From NCBI RefSeq assembly GCF_009914755.1, contig NC_060935.1: 64,000 nucleotides of DNA; one strand, written 5' to 3'. The position numbers and the translations under genes were made by a program. The number at the start of each line of letters is the position of its first letter. The stretch's first letter is position 1. Below, piece by piece: positions 33,383-48,838 of the stretch. This DNA is from the human T2T-CHM13v2.0 reference genome, Homo sapiens. A model generated the notes under the pieces. The model did not search any database. It saw nothing but the letters and a program-made list of their open reading frames with translations, and was not told the origin of the DNA.

Positions 33383-35517
33383 TGATATGGTTTGGCCGTG
33401 TCCCCACTCAAATCTCATCAAAATGGGAATTTCCCTGCACAGGCTGTCTCTTTGCCTGCTGCAATTCATCTAAGATGTGACTTGCTCCTCCTTGCCTTCT
33501 GCCATGATTGTGAGGCCTCACTAGCTATGTGGAACTGTAAATCCATTAAAACTCTTTTTCTTCCCAGTCTTGGGTATGTCTTTATAAGCTGCATGAAAAT
33601 GAACTAATACAGTAAATTGGTTTGGGGAGTGGGACACTGCTGAAAAGATACCCGAAAATGTGGAAGTGACTTTGGAACTGGGTAACAAGTAGAGGCTGGA
33701 CCAGTTTGGAGGGCTCAGAAGAAGACAGGAAAATGTGGGAAAGTTTGGGACTCCCTAGAGACTTGTTGAATGGTTTTGACCAAAATGCTGATAATGATAT
33801 GGACAATGAAATCCAGGCTGAGGTGGTCTCAGATGGAAACGGGGAACTTGTTGGGAACTGGAGCAAAGGTAACTCCTTGTTATGTTTTAGCAAAGAGACT
33901 GGAGGCATTTTGCCCCTGCCCTAGAGATTTGTGAAACTTTGTACTTGAGAGAGATGATTTAGGGTATCTGGCAGAAGAAATTTCTAAGCAGCAAAGCATT
34001 CAAGAGGTGACTTGGGTGCTGTTAAAGGCATTCAGTTTTAAAAGGCAGAGCATAAAAGTTTGGAAAATTTGCAGTTTGACAATGGGATAGAAAAGAAAAT
34101 CTCATTTTCTGAGGAGAAATTTAAGCCAGCTGCAGAAATTTGCATAAGTAATGAGGAGCTGAATGTTAGTCACCTAGAAAATGTGGAAAATGTCTCCAGG
34201 GCATCTCAGAGACCTAGATCTTTATGGCAGCCCCTCCCTTCACAGCACTGGAGGTTTAGGGGGAAAAAATGGTTTTGTCGGCCAGGCCCAGGGTCCCTCT
34301 TCCGTGTGCAGTCTAGGGACTTCTTGCCCTGCATCCCAGCCACTCCAACCATGACTAAAAGGGGCCAAGGTAGAGCTTGGGCCACAGCTTCAGATGGTGT
34401 AAGCCTCAAGTCTTGGCAGCTTCCATGTGGTGTTGAGCCTGTGATGGCACAGAAGTCAAGAATTGAGGTTTGGGAACCTCTGCATAGATTTTAGAAGATG
34501 TATGGAAATGCCTGGAAGCCCAGGAGAAGTTTGCTGCAGGGGTACAGTCCTCACGGAAAACCTCTGCTAGGGCAGTGTAGAAGGGAAATGTGGGGTTGAA
34601 GCCCCCATACAGAGTCCATACTGGGGCACCACCTAGTGGAGCTGTGAGAAGAGATTGCTATCCTCCAGACCCCAGAATGATAGATCCACTGACAGTTTGC
34701 ATTATGCGCCTGAAGAAACCGCAGACACTCAATACCAGCCCATGAAAGCAGCTGGGAGGGAGGCTGTACCCTGCAAAGCCACAGGAGTGGAGCTGCCCAA
34801 GACCATGGGAACCCACCTCTTACATCAGCATGACCTGGATATGAGACATGGAGTCAAAGGAGCCCATTTTGGAGCTTTAAGATTTGACTGCCACGCTGGA
34901 TTTTAGACTTGCATGAGGCCTGTAGCCCCTTTGTTTTGGCCAATTTCTCCCATTGAGAATGGCTGTATTTACCCAAAGCCAGTACCCCCACTGTATCTAG
35001 GAAGTAACTAAAGTGCTTTTGATTTTACAGGCTTATAGATGGAAGCAACTTGCCTTATCTCAGATGAGACTTGGGACTTTGGACTTTTGAGTTAATGCTG
35101 AAATGAGTTAAGACTTTGGGGGACTGTTGGGAGGCATGATTGATTTTGAAATGTTAGGACATGACATTTGGAAGGGGCCAGGCGTGGAATAATATGGCTT
35201 CACTGTGTCCCCACCTAAATCTCATCTTGAATTCCCACACATTCTGGGAGGGACCCTGTGGGAGATAATTGAATCATGTGGGTGGGTCTTTCCTGTGCTG
35301 TTATTGTGATAGTGAATAAGTCTCATGAGATCTGATGGTTTTAAAAACTAGAGTTTCCCTGCACAAGCTCTCTCTTTGCCTGGTGCCATCCATGTAAGAT
35401 GTGACTTGCTACTCCTTGCCTTCCACCATGATTGTGAGGCCTTCCCACCCGTTAAACCTCTTTTTCTGCCCAGTCTCAGGTATGTCTTTATCAGCAGTGT
35501 GAAAATGGACTAATAAA
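33383..35517 (+). mobile_element. Complete THE1 element (LTR-internal-LTR) with an internally deleted 5' LTR
   Basis: LTRs at ~33383-33611 and ~35190-35517 (tgatatggtttgg...ctaataca), THE1-int between them, TSD aactc/aattc. ORFs at 33392-34906 are THE1-derived. Confidence 0.92.
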
Positions 35518-35554
35518 AATTCACTAATATATGCCATGAATTAACAATGAAATC

Positions 35555-37100
35555 GGTATCAGGTATATGAAAAGGTGCTTAACATCACTGAGCATCAGAG
35601 AAGTGCAAATCAAAACTACAATGAGATATTATTTCACCCCAGTCAAAATGGCTATATCCAAATGACAGGCAGTTTCAAATACTGGTGAGGATATAGAGAA
35701 AAGGGAATCCTTTTACATTGTTGGTGGGAATGTAAATTAGTACAATCACTATGGAGAACAGTTTGGATGTTCCTCAAAAAACTAAAAATTGAGCTATCAT
35801 ATGATCCAGCACTCCCACTGCTAGGTATATACCCAAAAGAAAAGAAATCAGCATATCAAAGAGATATCTGCACTGCTATGTTTGTTGCACCACTGTTTAT
35901 AATAGCCAAGATTTGGAAGCAACCTCAGTGTTCATCAACAGATGAATGATAAAGAAAATGTGGTATGTATACACAATGGAGCCACAAAAAGAATGAGAAT
36001 CCAGTCATTTTCAACAACATGGATAAAACTGGAGATCATTATATTAAGTGAAATAAGCCAGGCACAGAAAGATAAACGTCATATTTTCTCACTTATTCGT
36101 GGAATCTAAAATTCGAAACAATTGAACTCATGGAGATTGAGAGTAGAAGGATAGTTACCCGAGGCTGGAAAGGTAGTGGTGGGAGGTAGGTGGGGGGAAG
36201 GTGGGATGGTTAATGGGTACTAAAATAAATAGAAAGAATGAATAGGACCTACTGTTTCATAGCACAACAGGGTGAGTAAAGTCAATAATAATTGTACATT
36301 TTAAAATAACTCAAAGAGTATAATTGCATTGTTTGTAACTCAAAGGATAAATGCTTGAGGGGACAGACACCCCGTTATCCATCATGTGCTTATTTCACAT
36401 TGCATCCTTGTATCAAAACATCTCATGTACCCCATAAATATATACACTTATTTTGTTCCCACAGAAATTAAAAATTGAAAACATTTTTAAAAACTAAAAA
36501 TGGAACTACTACATGATTCAGCAATCCCACTACTAGGTATATATCCAAAAGAAAGGAAATCAGTATATCAAAGATATCTGTGCTCCCATGGTGATTGCAG
36601 CACTATTCGCAATAGCCAAGATTTGGAAGAAATGTAAGTGTCTACCAACAAACGAGAATGGATAAAGAAAATGTGGTACAAATACACAATGCACTACTAT
36701 CCAGCCATAAAAAAGAATGAGATCCTGTCATTGGCAACAACACGAATGGAACTGGAGGTCATTATGTTAAGTGAAATAAGACAGGCACAGAAAGACAAAC
36801 TTTGGATGTTCCCACTTATTTGTGGGAGCTAAAAATAGTAAAACAACTGAACTTATGGATATAATAGAATGATGGTTACCAGAGGCTGTGAAGGGCAGTG
36901 GTGGGGGAAATATTGAGATGGTTAATGGGTACAAAAATATATTTATAAATTTATAAAGAATGAATAAAATCTAGTATTTGATGGCAGAACAGGTTGATGA
37001 TGGTAAACAATATTTTAATGTACACTTAAAAATAATTAAAGTGCATAATTGGATTGTTTGTAACATAAATAAAGGATAAATGTTTGAGGTGATAGATACT
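35555..37100 (+). mobile_element. Two adjacent L1MA/L1PB 3'-end copies (~35555-36480 and ~36485-37100)
   Basis: ORF2 C-terminal peptides ([21 protein letters not shown]; WIKKMWY) and duplicated 3'UTR motifs. Confidence 0.85.
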
Positions 37101-39899
37101 CCCCCACTCCAAAAAAAAAGAGTGGTGGCAGCAGCATTCATAATATTACTGTCTACAAACTTTAAAACTCTGTACAACTACAGAGAGAGAGAAAGTGATG
37201 ACTAGTTGGCTTATCTCCCTTAGTGAAGAAATTGGCTAGAAGTGGAGAAAATTGGTCACTTAGGGAATATAATTCCCCTTATTCCTTAGGTCATAGTAGA
37301 AGCAGGAACTTTAACAAGCCATCACTTGTTGAATATGGTCTGTGCTTGGGAGAGTGCCCAGTAATTACATGATAGGGTAGGACCTAGCAGCTACCCTGAA
37401 GGACTTTTGCACTCAGTCGAGAGAAACTTTTCAACATGGAAAAAGGAGAAAACTACAGGCATTAAATTGTGTGGCAGAGATATGATCTGTTATATAGGCA
37501 ATCAAGAAGAGATACTGGCATTGTGTATGTAACAGTGTCCAATAAATATTTTGAATGAAACAGAGATCAGTGGAGACCCCAGATATCTGGAAGGAACCTA
37601 TGTGTGTTCACATATTTGAGCTAGCACATAATGTGCATGGGCTCTAGACTTACTCTTTTGTGTGTAAATAAGGAGGTAAGGTGTGGTGACATTCTACCCC
37701 TAAATATTCTTTTTACATCTACTACTATTCCTGAAACTCTGCTCTGAAGAAATCAATTTTGGGGGGTGTAGAAAACGTTTGAACTCTTGATGTCTCTTTC
37801 TAAATGAGGCTTACTCACTCCACTATCTGTTTCTTTACCATGTGCTGTGTTCTGTCTTCCACATTACTGATTGTATCTCCTCAGGGTGTGTGAGAGGTGC
37901 ACAGGAAATGTTTTGTTAAATGGACAATGAATGGAGACTTTGTCAATTGAGTCCTGGCGTGGAGGAGGAAGAAATGGGTTCTAGCACATGAGAAAGAAAA
38001 AGGGCAGATGGGATATAGGAAGAGAGATCAGAGAGGGAACAAATCCCTACTTGTATCTACTGTTTGTTAAGTAGTATGGTAGGCCATTTATAGACTTAAA
38101 AAAATAAACTGTCAAAAAAATCCTATGTAGCAGATATTAATCTCCACTTTTAGATTAAAGAAACAGAGACTCAGAAAGGTTTAGTAACAGCTCAAGGTGA
38201 TAAGACTAGTAATTGCGGAGCCAGAATTTAAATGAAGTTACAGATATGCCAAAAGGCCATCTTCTTTAAATTATACCAGGCTGCTATACCAAGGAGAGAG
38301 ACTTGAGGACAAGCAAGGACTTCAGGGATGCAGTGAAAGCACTGTAAGAGAAGGGATGCTCACACATTTTATTATCAGGCAACATTGATATTGAAATGCA
38401 ATTTCCCATCAATGTTCATAATTAATGCTTGACCACAGGAGAATTCTCCTTTGCAAAACTGAATAGGCTGTGAAGAACATGGCTCTGTTCTATACTTCCA
38501 TGTAGCTCTTACAGACCTGTGCTTAGGAGAAAAAAATTCCCAACTCTTGATATCAGCCCATGTAAGCATGCAACTTCTTTAGTTTAAAGAGGGTGTTCAT
38601 TTACCCTTCAGGTTTGGTAATCACCTGATAAAAATTACTGAAATTCCACCCGAACAGTGCTAGTAGCTTCCCTCAAATCAGCTGCTTGTTCTTTTGTTCT
38701 GTAATTACAAAGATATAATCACACTGAATTACTATAATTTTCAACATTCTGTCACCCTATTAGTCTGAGTTCTTCAGGGGCAAGGCTTGGGCCTTTTTCT
38801 TCTTGATTTTCTCAAATATCTCACCAGAGTGCTTGGCACATACTAGACATTCAGTAAATGCTTAGTTGAACAAATGCATAAGAAGTTAATCAATCAAATC
38901 AATGACTGAATGAATAAATGGTGCCTGTCCCCTGCAAAATCCTCTTTGAGCAGTCTAATTCTCTATGTAATAAGCAGGAGCCTTTACCAAATGTGATCCA
39001 TTGGTCAATAAAGGTTGCTGACTGACATCTTAAAAGCATACTTCGGTGGAATAAACATTTACCAGCACTGAAAGTCAGCAGAGAGATTAAATAAAGGATA
39101 AACATCACTGGCTGTTTCCCTGGCAATAAAGGGGCATCTGGTCTGTGGCATAGGATACAGACGTGCTCTTTCTTTAAACTCTCTTATAATTGGTCAGAAG
39201 AAGGAAGTAAACAGAAATCCTGATGGAATTTAAGAGTCTCTGAGGGATTGAAATATATGCAGAAAAAAAAACCAGATTTCATTTGGATATATAAAGATAG
39301 ATGTCTCAAGATGAGTAATATAATGAAGGCTGACAAATGATACCTGAGGCAATCCTCTTTGTTTTTGGTTCTTGTTAGCCATGCCACCTTCCAGGTCACA
39401 GCCAGGCAAGGTACCAACAGAATGAAAATCATTATTTATAAGCAGTTCAATCCAAGGTCAAATTTATTGTCCCGCAAATATTCATCAGATAAGACTAAGG
39501 CTGTTTCTACTCATGTGATGGATGAGCCACCAGAAAACCCCTCTGACCACGACTTTTGTCTAGACTTATTTTCATGAAAGATAAAGACAAGACGGAAAAG
39601 GACTTTTGTCAGTCAGACTAAAAGACGTGATTGGAATGTATGTGACATTTCTGTTAAGGCAGGATGGTCTAGTAGTGCAGGAGACAGCCATCTAGGTTGC
39701 AGTCAAGAATCCTTCCCTTCCCAGACACATGACCTTGGGGAAGTCACTGGTCCTCTGTCATATCTGTAGACAGGATAAATGACTCTTACCCAACCACCTT
39801 ACAAAGCTGCTATTAGGATCAAATGGAATAATGTCCCTGAGATGCCTTTGTAAATTATATTGCACTATGCAAACATAAGCCTGGTATCTTCATGGTGAA

Positions 39900-40070
39900 C
39901 AGCGAAAAAAAAAAGACAAGAATAAAAGAGAAAAAAAAGAAAATGAATGGCAAATTAAGACTAAGAGAAAGGAGGAGGAGAAAGTTTCTGTAGAGAAGGG
40001 AGGGGAAAGGGAGAAAATACAGAAAATAAAAGGGGCCAAGGGAGGAACCGGTAGAGGAGAAGGAAAGATG
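39900..40070. repeat. Purine-rich low-complexity tract
   Basis: Seen directly in the sequence. Confidence 0.7.
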
Positions 40071-42934
40071 CAGCAGTGGCAATGAACGATCTCATAATTC
40101 TGGCACACAGGTAGATAAATAGGCAAACAAACACATAAACATAAAACCGAAGGAACAGCAGAACTGGTCAGCCATGGGATTTAGAAAATCATGTCTATGT
40201 CAAGACCACAGAGCTCTGATAAGCAAGTGGAAGACCCCATCAGGCAGCCTCTTAGGAGGAGACAGTGAGTCAACCATGAGTCAGCCTCCTTATTATAAAT
40301 TTCTAAATGGAAAGCACTACTGAGTTCATGTTGTTCTCATCTGTGCTCTGCTCAGTCATACACTCAGACAGATTTGTAATCATTGTGCAGCCATTGATAA
40401 TGACCTTTTCTTTGCCTAGTCAAGGTCTATTGGTCATTCAGATAAGAGCCTTCCATGACCTCCCTGACCACCCCGACAAAGTCAGATGCCCTATTATAGG
40501 TACTCAGAGCATCACAGTCCCCCCTTTTTTTTTCACAGAGCTTGACACAGTAACAGATTTATATTTATTTGTGTGATTATTCAATTAATGTCTCATTTTC
40601 TCCCCCAGACTGAGGACAGAGTCAATGTCTGCTTTGCTCATCATTATATTCCTAATTGAATTTATTGGTTGGCATCATCATAAACAGAATCAAGTTAAAA
40701 AAGGACAGTATTCAAAGAGAGGTAATGGTGCAAATGTAAAGAAGAGGTTGGTGCTGGGGCTACAGTTAGAAAGTTTGGGACAGATAAAATCTTTTTGATA
40801 GTTTAAGCAACTAAATCTTGTCATGGAATAATGGTTCTGGTTTTCATTTTCATAACAGACTTATGACTGGGTGCTTTTTTGCTCCTCGTTGGTTAATTCA
40901 GCATATTAACTAGCTCTTTAGTGACATCTCAGTCAATGTCATGGGTGAGCATATTATTATTAGCATTAATAACTGTGAGTACTGATTAAGAGGGGCAATT
41001 TTCTAGTTGGATATTCTGCAGCACGCTGTTTTGGATATATTTAATTATATAACAACGAGGAGAAAGTTTATTCACAATTACATTGAGACCATTTTTAAAC
41101 CCATTTATTAAAACTTTAAAAGGTTTTCAAGGAAGATATACACGGTATGATAAGTAATCATGCTGAAACTCAACTATGTCCAGAAAATAGGGAGTATTTA
41201 AAAAATAAACATCCCTAACTTCAATTGCCCAGTGGATTCTGTGGCAGCCCTACAAGGTCAATACTACTGGCATTGAGCAGCCCGCAGTATGTGAGTCCAC
41301 TAAACAGGGCAGCTCAATAATTCTCATAACGAGACTCCTGACCTGTGACTTCCCGGCTTCTTCCTAGTCCTGCTGGGCAAACCAGAAGCCTACAGTTTGG
41401 AGATATTATTCCTCCATTTTTTCTAATTCGGTACATTTCAAGGTGAGTGGAATCATTATACAAGTTTGTTCCCCATTTAATAACATTTTTATTTGAAAGT
41501 AGATTTTTGACAATGATTCTAGTTAACAAAAAACTCCAAAACCTCAGAAATCATATTGAGCTCTACTTTGTATTTTAATGTCTTACTCAGGCCTCCAGGT
41601 TGGCCAACTCATAATAACAAAACACATACAAGTTTGGGGAGGTAGGAAAGGGTAGTGACTTAAAAATGTGGGCTCAAATCTCAGTTCTGCTACTTAACTT
41701 CTCCAAGCTTTAGTGTCTTAATCCATAAAGTGGGTTAAAGGTACCTAAATTGTTATTAGAGCAAAATGAGAGCCACATAAAACACTTACAACACATATCA
41801 GTTACTATTAAATTAAAATATACAATATTTAATGTTATATTTTTAGCCCTTAAATATAGAAAAAATATTCTTTTTGAACTTTAGAGTCTGTGTGTTTTCA
41901 ATACCTGCTTTAATGATAGAGTACTCTGTATTCTTCGATTTATGTTTATTTTTCTTCATTTTAAGGAAGGCTTTCTTTTATGGAACAATAATGATGATAG
42001 TGGATAACGTCTATACAAGTATTTACCTAGAAAATCTAGATTTTCTATGTCATCTTGCAAAATATTTTTGCTATTTTGTTAGTCCTTGAAATTCCACGTT
42101 TGGAAACCTCTGTCTGTTCTAAACAAGAATCAATGGTTTGTTTATGTATTTATTTATTTTTACACAGTTGTTATTTGAAAAGCAGATGGCAACAGAAATC
42201 CAGTCCCTGTGAGAGAATTAGAACCCATGTCTTCATAGCCCTTAAATATTTCCTAGCTCTCCATAGTCTCAGCATTTTTTCAACACTGATAAATTTGGGA
42301 GACTCCTTAAAGATTGCTGTGATGACACCTTTTATATTTTAAGCGCTACACATGTAAGGAAAAAGATTATAAGGCCTAGAAAAGGATGTCTTACGGAGTA
42401 AGGAAATGGAAAAAAAAATCTGTTCACCCTTTGAAATGAGGCTAAGGAAAAGGAGCTGACAGCTCAAGTAGGAGGAGAGGTGGAAATTCCAGGGACACAA
42501 GGAAAAATGAAAAGGAAGCACGTGATGCTGAACTGGGGGGACAGCGATGGTCAGAGGAATTTGCTGCTCTGACAGATTCCTAATGAATCCCCTCGTTTTT
42601 AAACTCTGAAGATCTATCTCCCCCACCCAGGGATGGAAGGAAGGCCTGCAAACTTTTTGAGTCCTTCCAAACAGTTAAGATGTTTTTAGCAGGTGACCTG
42701 GCAGCATTAATAAGGTTGGGACTCTCAACCAAAGCTTTCTTACCCAGAACTTTCTTATTCAGGAGACAGGTCTGTCTTTATTGGACTATAAGTCACAAAC
42801 ATAAATCTTTTTGGGGGGAGCAGTTTGATTTCTTCCGATCATTTCTAAAAATCAAATGGGTGCTCATCTCCTTACTTTTCCCATATTCTTTATAAATAAA
42901 CTCTTCAGCTGACAGGAAAGCAAAATAAAGAGAA

Positions 42935-43020
42935 TGACACATACATATAAATACATATATACATATGTGTGTGTATATATACATATACATAAATACACAT
43001 ATAAACATACACATAAAATA
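42935..43020. repeat. (CA/TA) simple repeat
   Basis: Seen directly in the sequence. Confidence 0.85.
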
Positions 43021-44579
43021 AAATGAATATTATTTTAATACATTCTAAAAATAGACAAAAATCCTTTGCCCTTTACCCAACTTGCTTCTCTGTTTTGATA
43101 GAGTCACTTAAATATCTGTGATAAGCAAAGGCTCAGATTTTCGACCAGCGACCCTAGCAACTAACAGCTTAAAAAAAAAATCTCTTCCAAGTTTCAAAGA
43201 GCACTTCCATAATTCAGTATATTAATCAGCATGTCAACTCCTCCCTGTCCCCAACACTACTTAGCACTACTTTTGAAGGTCAGGGTGTGCTGAAGGAAGT
43301 TGAGCATTCATACTGATTACAAATCCTGAGGTACAGATAGATCTCTGAATGTGTGGATAGAGATGACTCAAGCCAACTAGCCCAAAGGGCCAGCTACCTA
43401 AAGTCCAACGGTCCCTTAAAAGTTTACGCTCCATAACTAGGAATATTCCTAGAAGTCCATAAGCCAAAATTTTGTCTCCAAAATGTTAGATTTGGAAGGC
43501 ATCTAATACCTTGTTTATTTAACTCAACCTGATCACTTCGTATATGAGATAACAGACATCTTGCCAAAATCACACAGTAAGAAATGTTAGATCTGGGTTC
43601 TATGTCCTGATTCAAAGATGACCTGGTGATTTTCGGATCACATTCTGCCATGATCATATATTTTGGAACCAAACATCTGAGTACTTAGAGGAAAAAAAGA
43701 CGAGTCTTTTAGGTCAGCATCATCCTGGGAAATCTGAAGCACATTAGCTTTAAAAAAAAAGCTTTTCCCACCCAGGCAAAAGGAGTAAAGGAGAGAACAA
43801 GAGAGAGAATAATTCCATTAGAGGTCTTGTTTCCAGATGTTCCTTGGAAAGGATACCTGAGCTCAGGCTCAGAACACCAGAGTCTCCCCAGCCCCAATGG
43901 AGCCATGGTTTCATGAGCCTAGGTGGCCTTAAAGTATGGGAAGGGTGTCTTTTGTGCCAAACAGTGGTACATGGCTGTCCCTATGGAGTTAGGCCTGCCC
44001 TGGTGAGAAAGTACAATAGCAGTATCATCACAAACCCGTTAACTTGAAAGGATGGGTTCCCTTAGATCTGTTTATAAGTAAAACTACTTTTTGTTTTTCT
44101 TTTTGATACTCATATACTTCTGGATTTGGGAGACATTTTTGGTGGGGTTAGTTAGACAAACTATTTATTCCATAAAGGATTCCTTGAAGAATTTCCCTGA
44201 AGGTGGTCATTTAGTTTCCTTTTAAGTGCTACTTGTAAAGGCTGGCCAACCCCTTTCAGGGCAGCTGTTTTACCAATGTGAAAATGCTACTAGAATTTGT
44301 ACTAGAAAATTCTGCCATTAAGTGTGTCACTAAATGACCTTGTAAGGTAACATAAAGTGCCTTCTCCTAGATGAAAGAAAGCTTTCTGAGTAGCTGAAGA
44401 TACTTCTTACTCTTAGCAGTGTTAACAAAATGCTTCTAGGTTTTTGCACGTGATTTTATTTTCTATTTTTTTAACCTCTGCCTTGCTGCAGACACATCCC
44501 TTAAAATTCAATTTGTGCCACCTCCCCTGAGAATCCTCCCTTCCTTTCCAGAGGCAAATGCTTTTAACCATTTCAGCTT

Positions 44580-44985
44580 TTAAAAAATTTGTATACATTT
44601 AAGAGGTACAAGTGCAATTTTGTCACATGGCCATATTCCACAGTGGTGAAGCCTGTGCTTTTAGTGTATCCATCAACAGAATAATGTACATTTTACCCAC
44701 CAAGTAATTTCGCACCGTCCAACCTCCTCGAAGTATTTCACTCTATTGAGTCTCCAATGTCCATGTGTATATATTATTTAGCTCCCATTTATAAGTGAGA
44801 ATATGTGGCATTCGTCTTTCTGTTTCTGATTGTTTCACTTAAGATAATGGCCTCCAGTTCCACACATGTTGCTGAAAATGACATGATTTCATTCTTTTTA
44901 TGGCTGAATAGTATTCCATTGTGTATATATACCACATTTTATTCATCCAGTCATTCGTTGATAGGCACTTAGGTTGATTAGGCTT
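44580..44985 (-). mobile_element. L1MA/PB 3' end
   Basis: Reverse WMNKMWYIYTMEYYSAIK and 3'UTR sequence. Confidence 0.85.
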
Positions 44986-46452
44986 TTTAACGGAAAGGTT
45001 TGAGGTTAAGCCAGAAAACATGAAACTGTGCCCCAAACTAGCACACTGTGAAGGGCTCAGCTGTGGGGGCCAACTCTCAAACTAGCTCATCTAGGTGCTA
45101 CAGAAGAGTGATTCAATTTTTTCTGAGAAGAAGCTTCTTTTTTTTGGTATTCAGCGGTGTGCATGCTAATTGGGGGACTCTTCATTCCTATTCTCAGACT
45201 CTGCTTTCAATCCCATCTGTTGTCACTACCCTAACGTCTCTGAGTTTTCCGGGTTTGGCTAGGCAGATCTGCTCTTTGCTGAGCTGTAGGCCCCTTCACA
45301 TAGTGCTACTGCACTGTGGTAGGGCTTCTTGTGGGTGGCAACTCGGGAGACATAATCCGAGGAAATGTCATTCTAATAGAATGCAATGTAAAAGGTACCC
45401 CCTGGAGTTGTACAACCCTGTTTCCATAGGTGATCAAAGGCTGAGATTACTTTGTTTTTCACCGATCAATACCCTTCAATCAGCTTTCTGTTGCAAAGAA
45501 ATATAATGAAACCATTTGGCCTTTGATGCCCCCTTCTATTTCCTTGATCACTAGGAGACTGTCCTTTTAAACAAATATTATTATCCCATTAGCTTCCTTT
45601 TAATAGGGTCTCAGGAGAAAGAGGAGATTAGGGTGTGGGCTGTGTCTGTCAACTTGAAACTGAAACCAGAACTTATTCTGCTAATAGGGATATTATTCTT
45701 CCTCATTTTGTCTGGCATAATTATAGATGATTCAGATATCAATTTAAAAACAGCAGTGACTCTATGGTAGAGGACTCAATTAGATAGTTTTGTTGTCTCA
45801 ATGGATCAAATTAACTGGAAATCTGAAATATCTCCACTTATTTTATGTCAAGTAAATAGCAACTTGGGTGAAAATTATATAAACATATGGCCTTTTAAAC
45901 TACATTCATTTAAAAAATATCCTATGTAGTTGCTTTTCACAAAAGCATTAGGAAGGAGAGTTTTCAAATAATGGGATTTGCAATTTCAGTTGATTGCCTA
46001 CACTGAGCAGTATAACACTTTAATGGGAAACCTGCTAAAGACCCATTGGCCTATGTAAGATGAAAAATAACTTTCCCACTATGTGCTCAGTCACAATGAT
46101 TATGTGCCACGTTATCTCTTCATCTGACAACCAGCTGGGCATGTATAGCACAAATTTTTGTGTTCTGGACTTTGTAGAGGATTACTGAGACTTCGCCTTC
46201 TAAATATTTCAGTAATGCTAAGTTATTTCTACCTGAAATATTTCATTTTATATCCAGAAGTGTTTTACATAAACAAATACATATAAACATATTTAAAAGC
46301 AAGTGTTCAAAATAAGTCTTCAAACTAATCTAGCCTATAAAAATAAATTTTGTTTTTTTTCAGAACACTTAGACTAAGTGTATATTTAACTAGTACTTAT
46401 TGACGGTCCAATATGTACCTGATACTTTTATTTTTAAAAATTGGTGAGTTTG

Positions 46453-46788
<336 letters not shown>

Positions 46789-47762
46789 TTAGAGAGGTGA
46801 AGGTCGCTGATCAACAACAAATGGTAGAGGCCAGGACTCAAACCAAATTCTTTGACTCTAGAGTAAGTTTTCTTCCATTCTTATAGGGAATAGAATATAT
46901 TGTGTTATTCACTAGATATAAGGCAAATTGCTTTATGCTAGTTGGGACAATAGATCACTATGAAGTTTATACAGTTTGCTATTTTTTTGTAAAAGGAGTC
47001 ACTCTGGTGTTTTGAAGTTAGGGTAACACCTTTACATTTTTGGCCTCATCAGAGAAGAAGAAATGGTGATTATGTCAACTACAGAGTTCCTCTAACTCAA
47101 GTGGAAAACAGTGGAAATTGAAAAATATTCTTAGGGCAAATTGCTAATAAGCTTTTGCTAATAAAAAGAAAGAAAACAAAAGTTTGGAGATAGCCTTAGA
47201 AGGAAATGCCATTATTCATCATAGTTGAAGGAAGTCTACTTTGTGCTGATGGCCAAAATGTGAAATGATAGCCACCCTGAGCCCTGCCAAGAGAGGTCTT
47301 CAAAAGGAATAATAAAGTGAGGTAGAGACAGTGGTAAAATTAGTCCCCACACCCTTACCTCTACTGCAAACAACACCTCAGCTACATAGTATGCACATGG
47401 ACCTCTAGTACCATCCCAAACAGCAGGTTATTGATTCTATTTAAAGATTTTTAAGGTTAGAGTCATTCTAGTTCTTCATTATTTTTTTCACACTTAGGAA
47501 ATTCTGCACGATGTCTAACTTAGCCTGAATGTGGTTTATGAATTGTACAACCAGTGCTCTCCACCTCAATAAAGTCTTTTCGTACCACATTATAGAGGAC
47601 AGAGCCACACAGTGGAGTCAAGCTTGATTTCAAGTCCAAGCTATGCTACTTTCTATACAAGTACACTTGGGAAAATTACTTAAACTCTCTGAGAATCAGT
47701 GTTCAGAAAAAAAAATACCTATCTTGTAGGACTACTTTAGAAATAAAATCAGGTAAGACAGG

Positions 47763-48123
47763 TGATGTGGTTTGGCTCTGTGTCCCCACCCAAATCTCAT
47801 CTTAAACTGTACTCCTACAATTCCCACGTGTTGTGGGAGGGACCTGGTGGGAGATAACTGAATCATGGGGCAGCTTCTCCCATACTGTTTTCATGACAGT
47901 GAATAAGTCTCATGAGATCTGATGGTTTTATAAGGGGAAACCTTATAAAACCTTGGCTCTCATTCTCTTTCTTGCTGCCATGTAAGAAGTGCCTTTTGCC
48001 ATCTGCCATGATTGTGAGGCCTCCCTAGCTACATGGAAATGCAACTCCACTAAACCTCTTTCTTTTGTTAATTGCTCAGGCTCAGGTATGTCTTTATCAG
48101 CATCGTGAAAATGGACTAATACA
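47763..48123 (+). mobile_element. THE1 (THE1D-like) solo LTR
   Basis: tgatgtggtttggctctgtgtccccacc...ggactaataca with perfect TSD acagg. Confidence 0.92.
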
Positions 48124-48547
48124 ACAGGTGATTGGTAGATAAATAGATAGAGCCTGGCACCAATAAGCACTCAGTAAATGTTAGTTTTTTTTCTTCCCTT
48201 GGAGGAATATTTATGAACTTGTGCTGTTGGGCAAATATCCATGTATGCTTCAGTCCTCAGCTCAAGAGTTACATCTTTTCAGGAACCAACATGACCTGCT
48301 CCCTAGTACCCTTTGGATGACCATTTACAGTTAGGTATCCCTCCTGGATTCTCCATTAATCCCTTATGCATATCTCCTATAGAGTGTAATGCTTACACTG
48401 TATCACAAGTGTGTGTTTGTATTTCTATCATTTGTACTAGACAATGAAGCCCTCTGGAGGGCAAGAAGAAATCTTGTTTGACTTATTAAATCTAGTACCT
48501 AGCACAGTGCTTGGCACATAAGGTGAGTTTCCTAGATATTTGCTGAT

Positions 48548-48838
48548 TGAAAGAAAAAAAGAGAGAGAGTGTGTGCGTGTGAGAGAGACAGAGAAAGAAG
48601 AGTGGGGAGGTAGGGAAGGAAAGAAAGAAAGATAGAAAGAGAAAGAGAGAAAAAAGGACAAAAGAAAGAGAAAGAAAGACAGAAAAAAAGAAAGAAAGAA
48701 AGACAAAGAAAGAAGGGAAGGAAGGAAGGAAAGAAGGAAGGAAGGGGAGAAGGAAGGAAGGGAGGAAGGAAGGAAAGAAGGAAGGGAGGGAGGGAGGGAA
48801 GGAGAAAGAGAGACAGAGACAGGGAGAGAAAGGAAGAC
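48548..48838. repeat. ~290-bp GA/GAAA/GGAA polypurine microsatellite (polypyrimidine on the DLG2 strand)
   Basis: Seen directly in the sequence. Begins ~50 nt downstream of the 69-nt exon donor. Confidence 0.95.

Noticed and set aside
43045-43054. MEF2 motif CTAAAAATAG
   Set aside because: A single match in AT-rich DNA is expected by chance.
45048-45506. 152-aa ORF
   Set aside because: GTG start, no recognisable homology, and antisense to DLG2. Compatible with chance.
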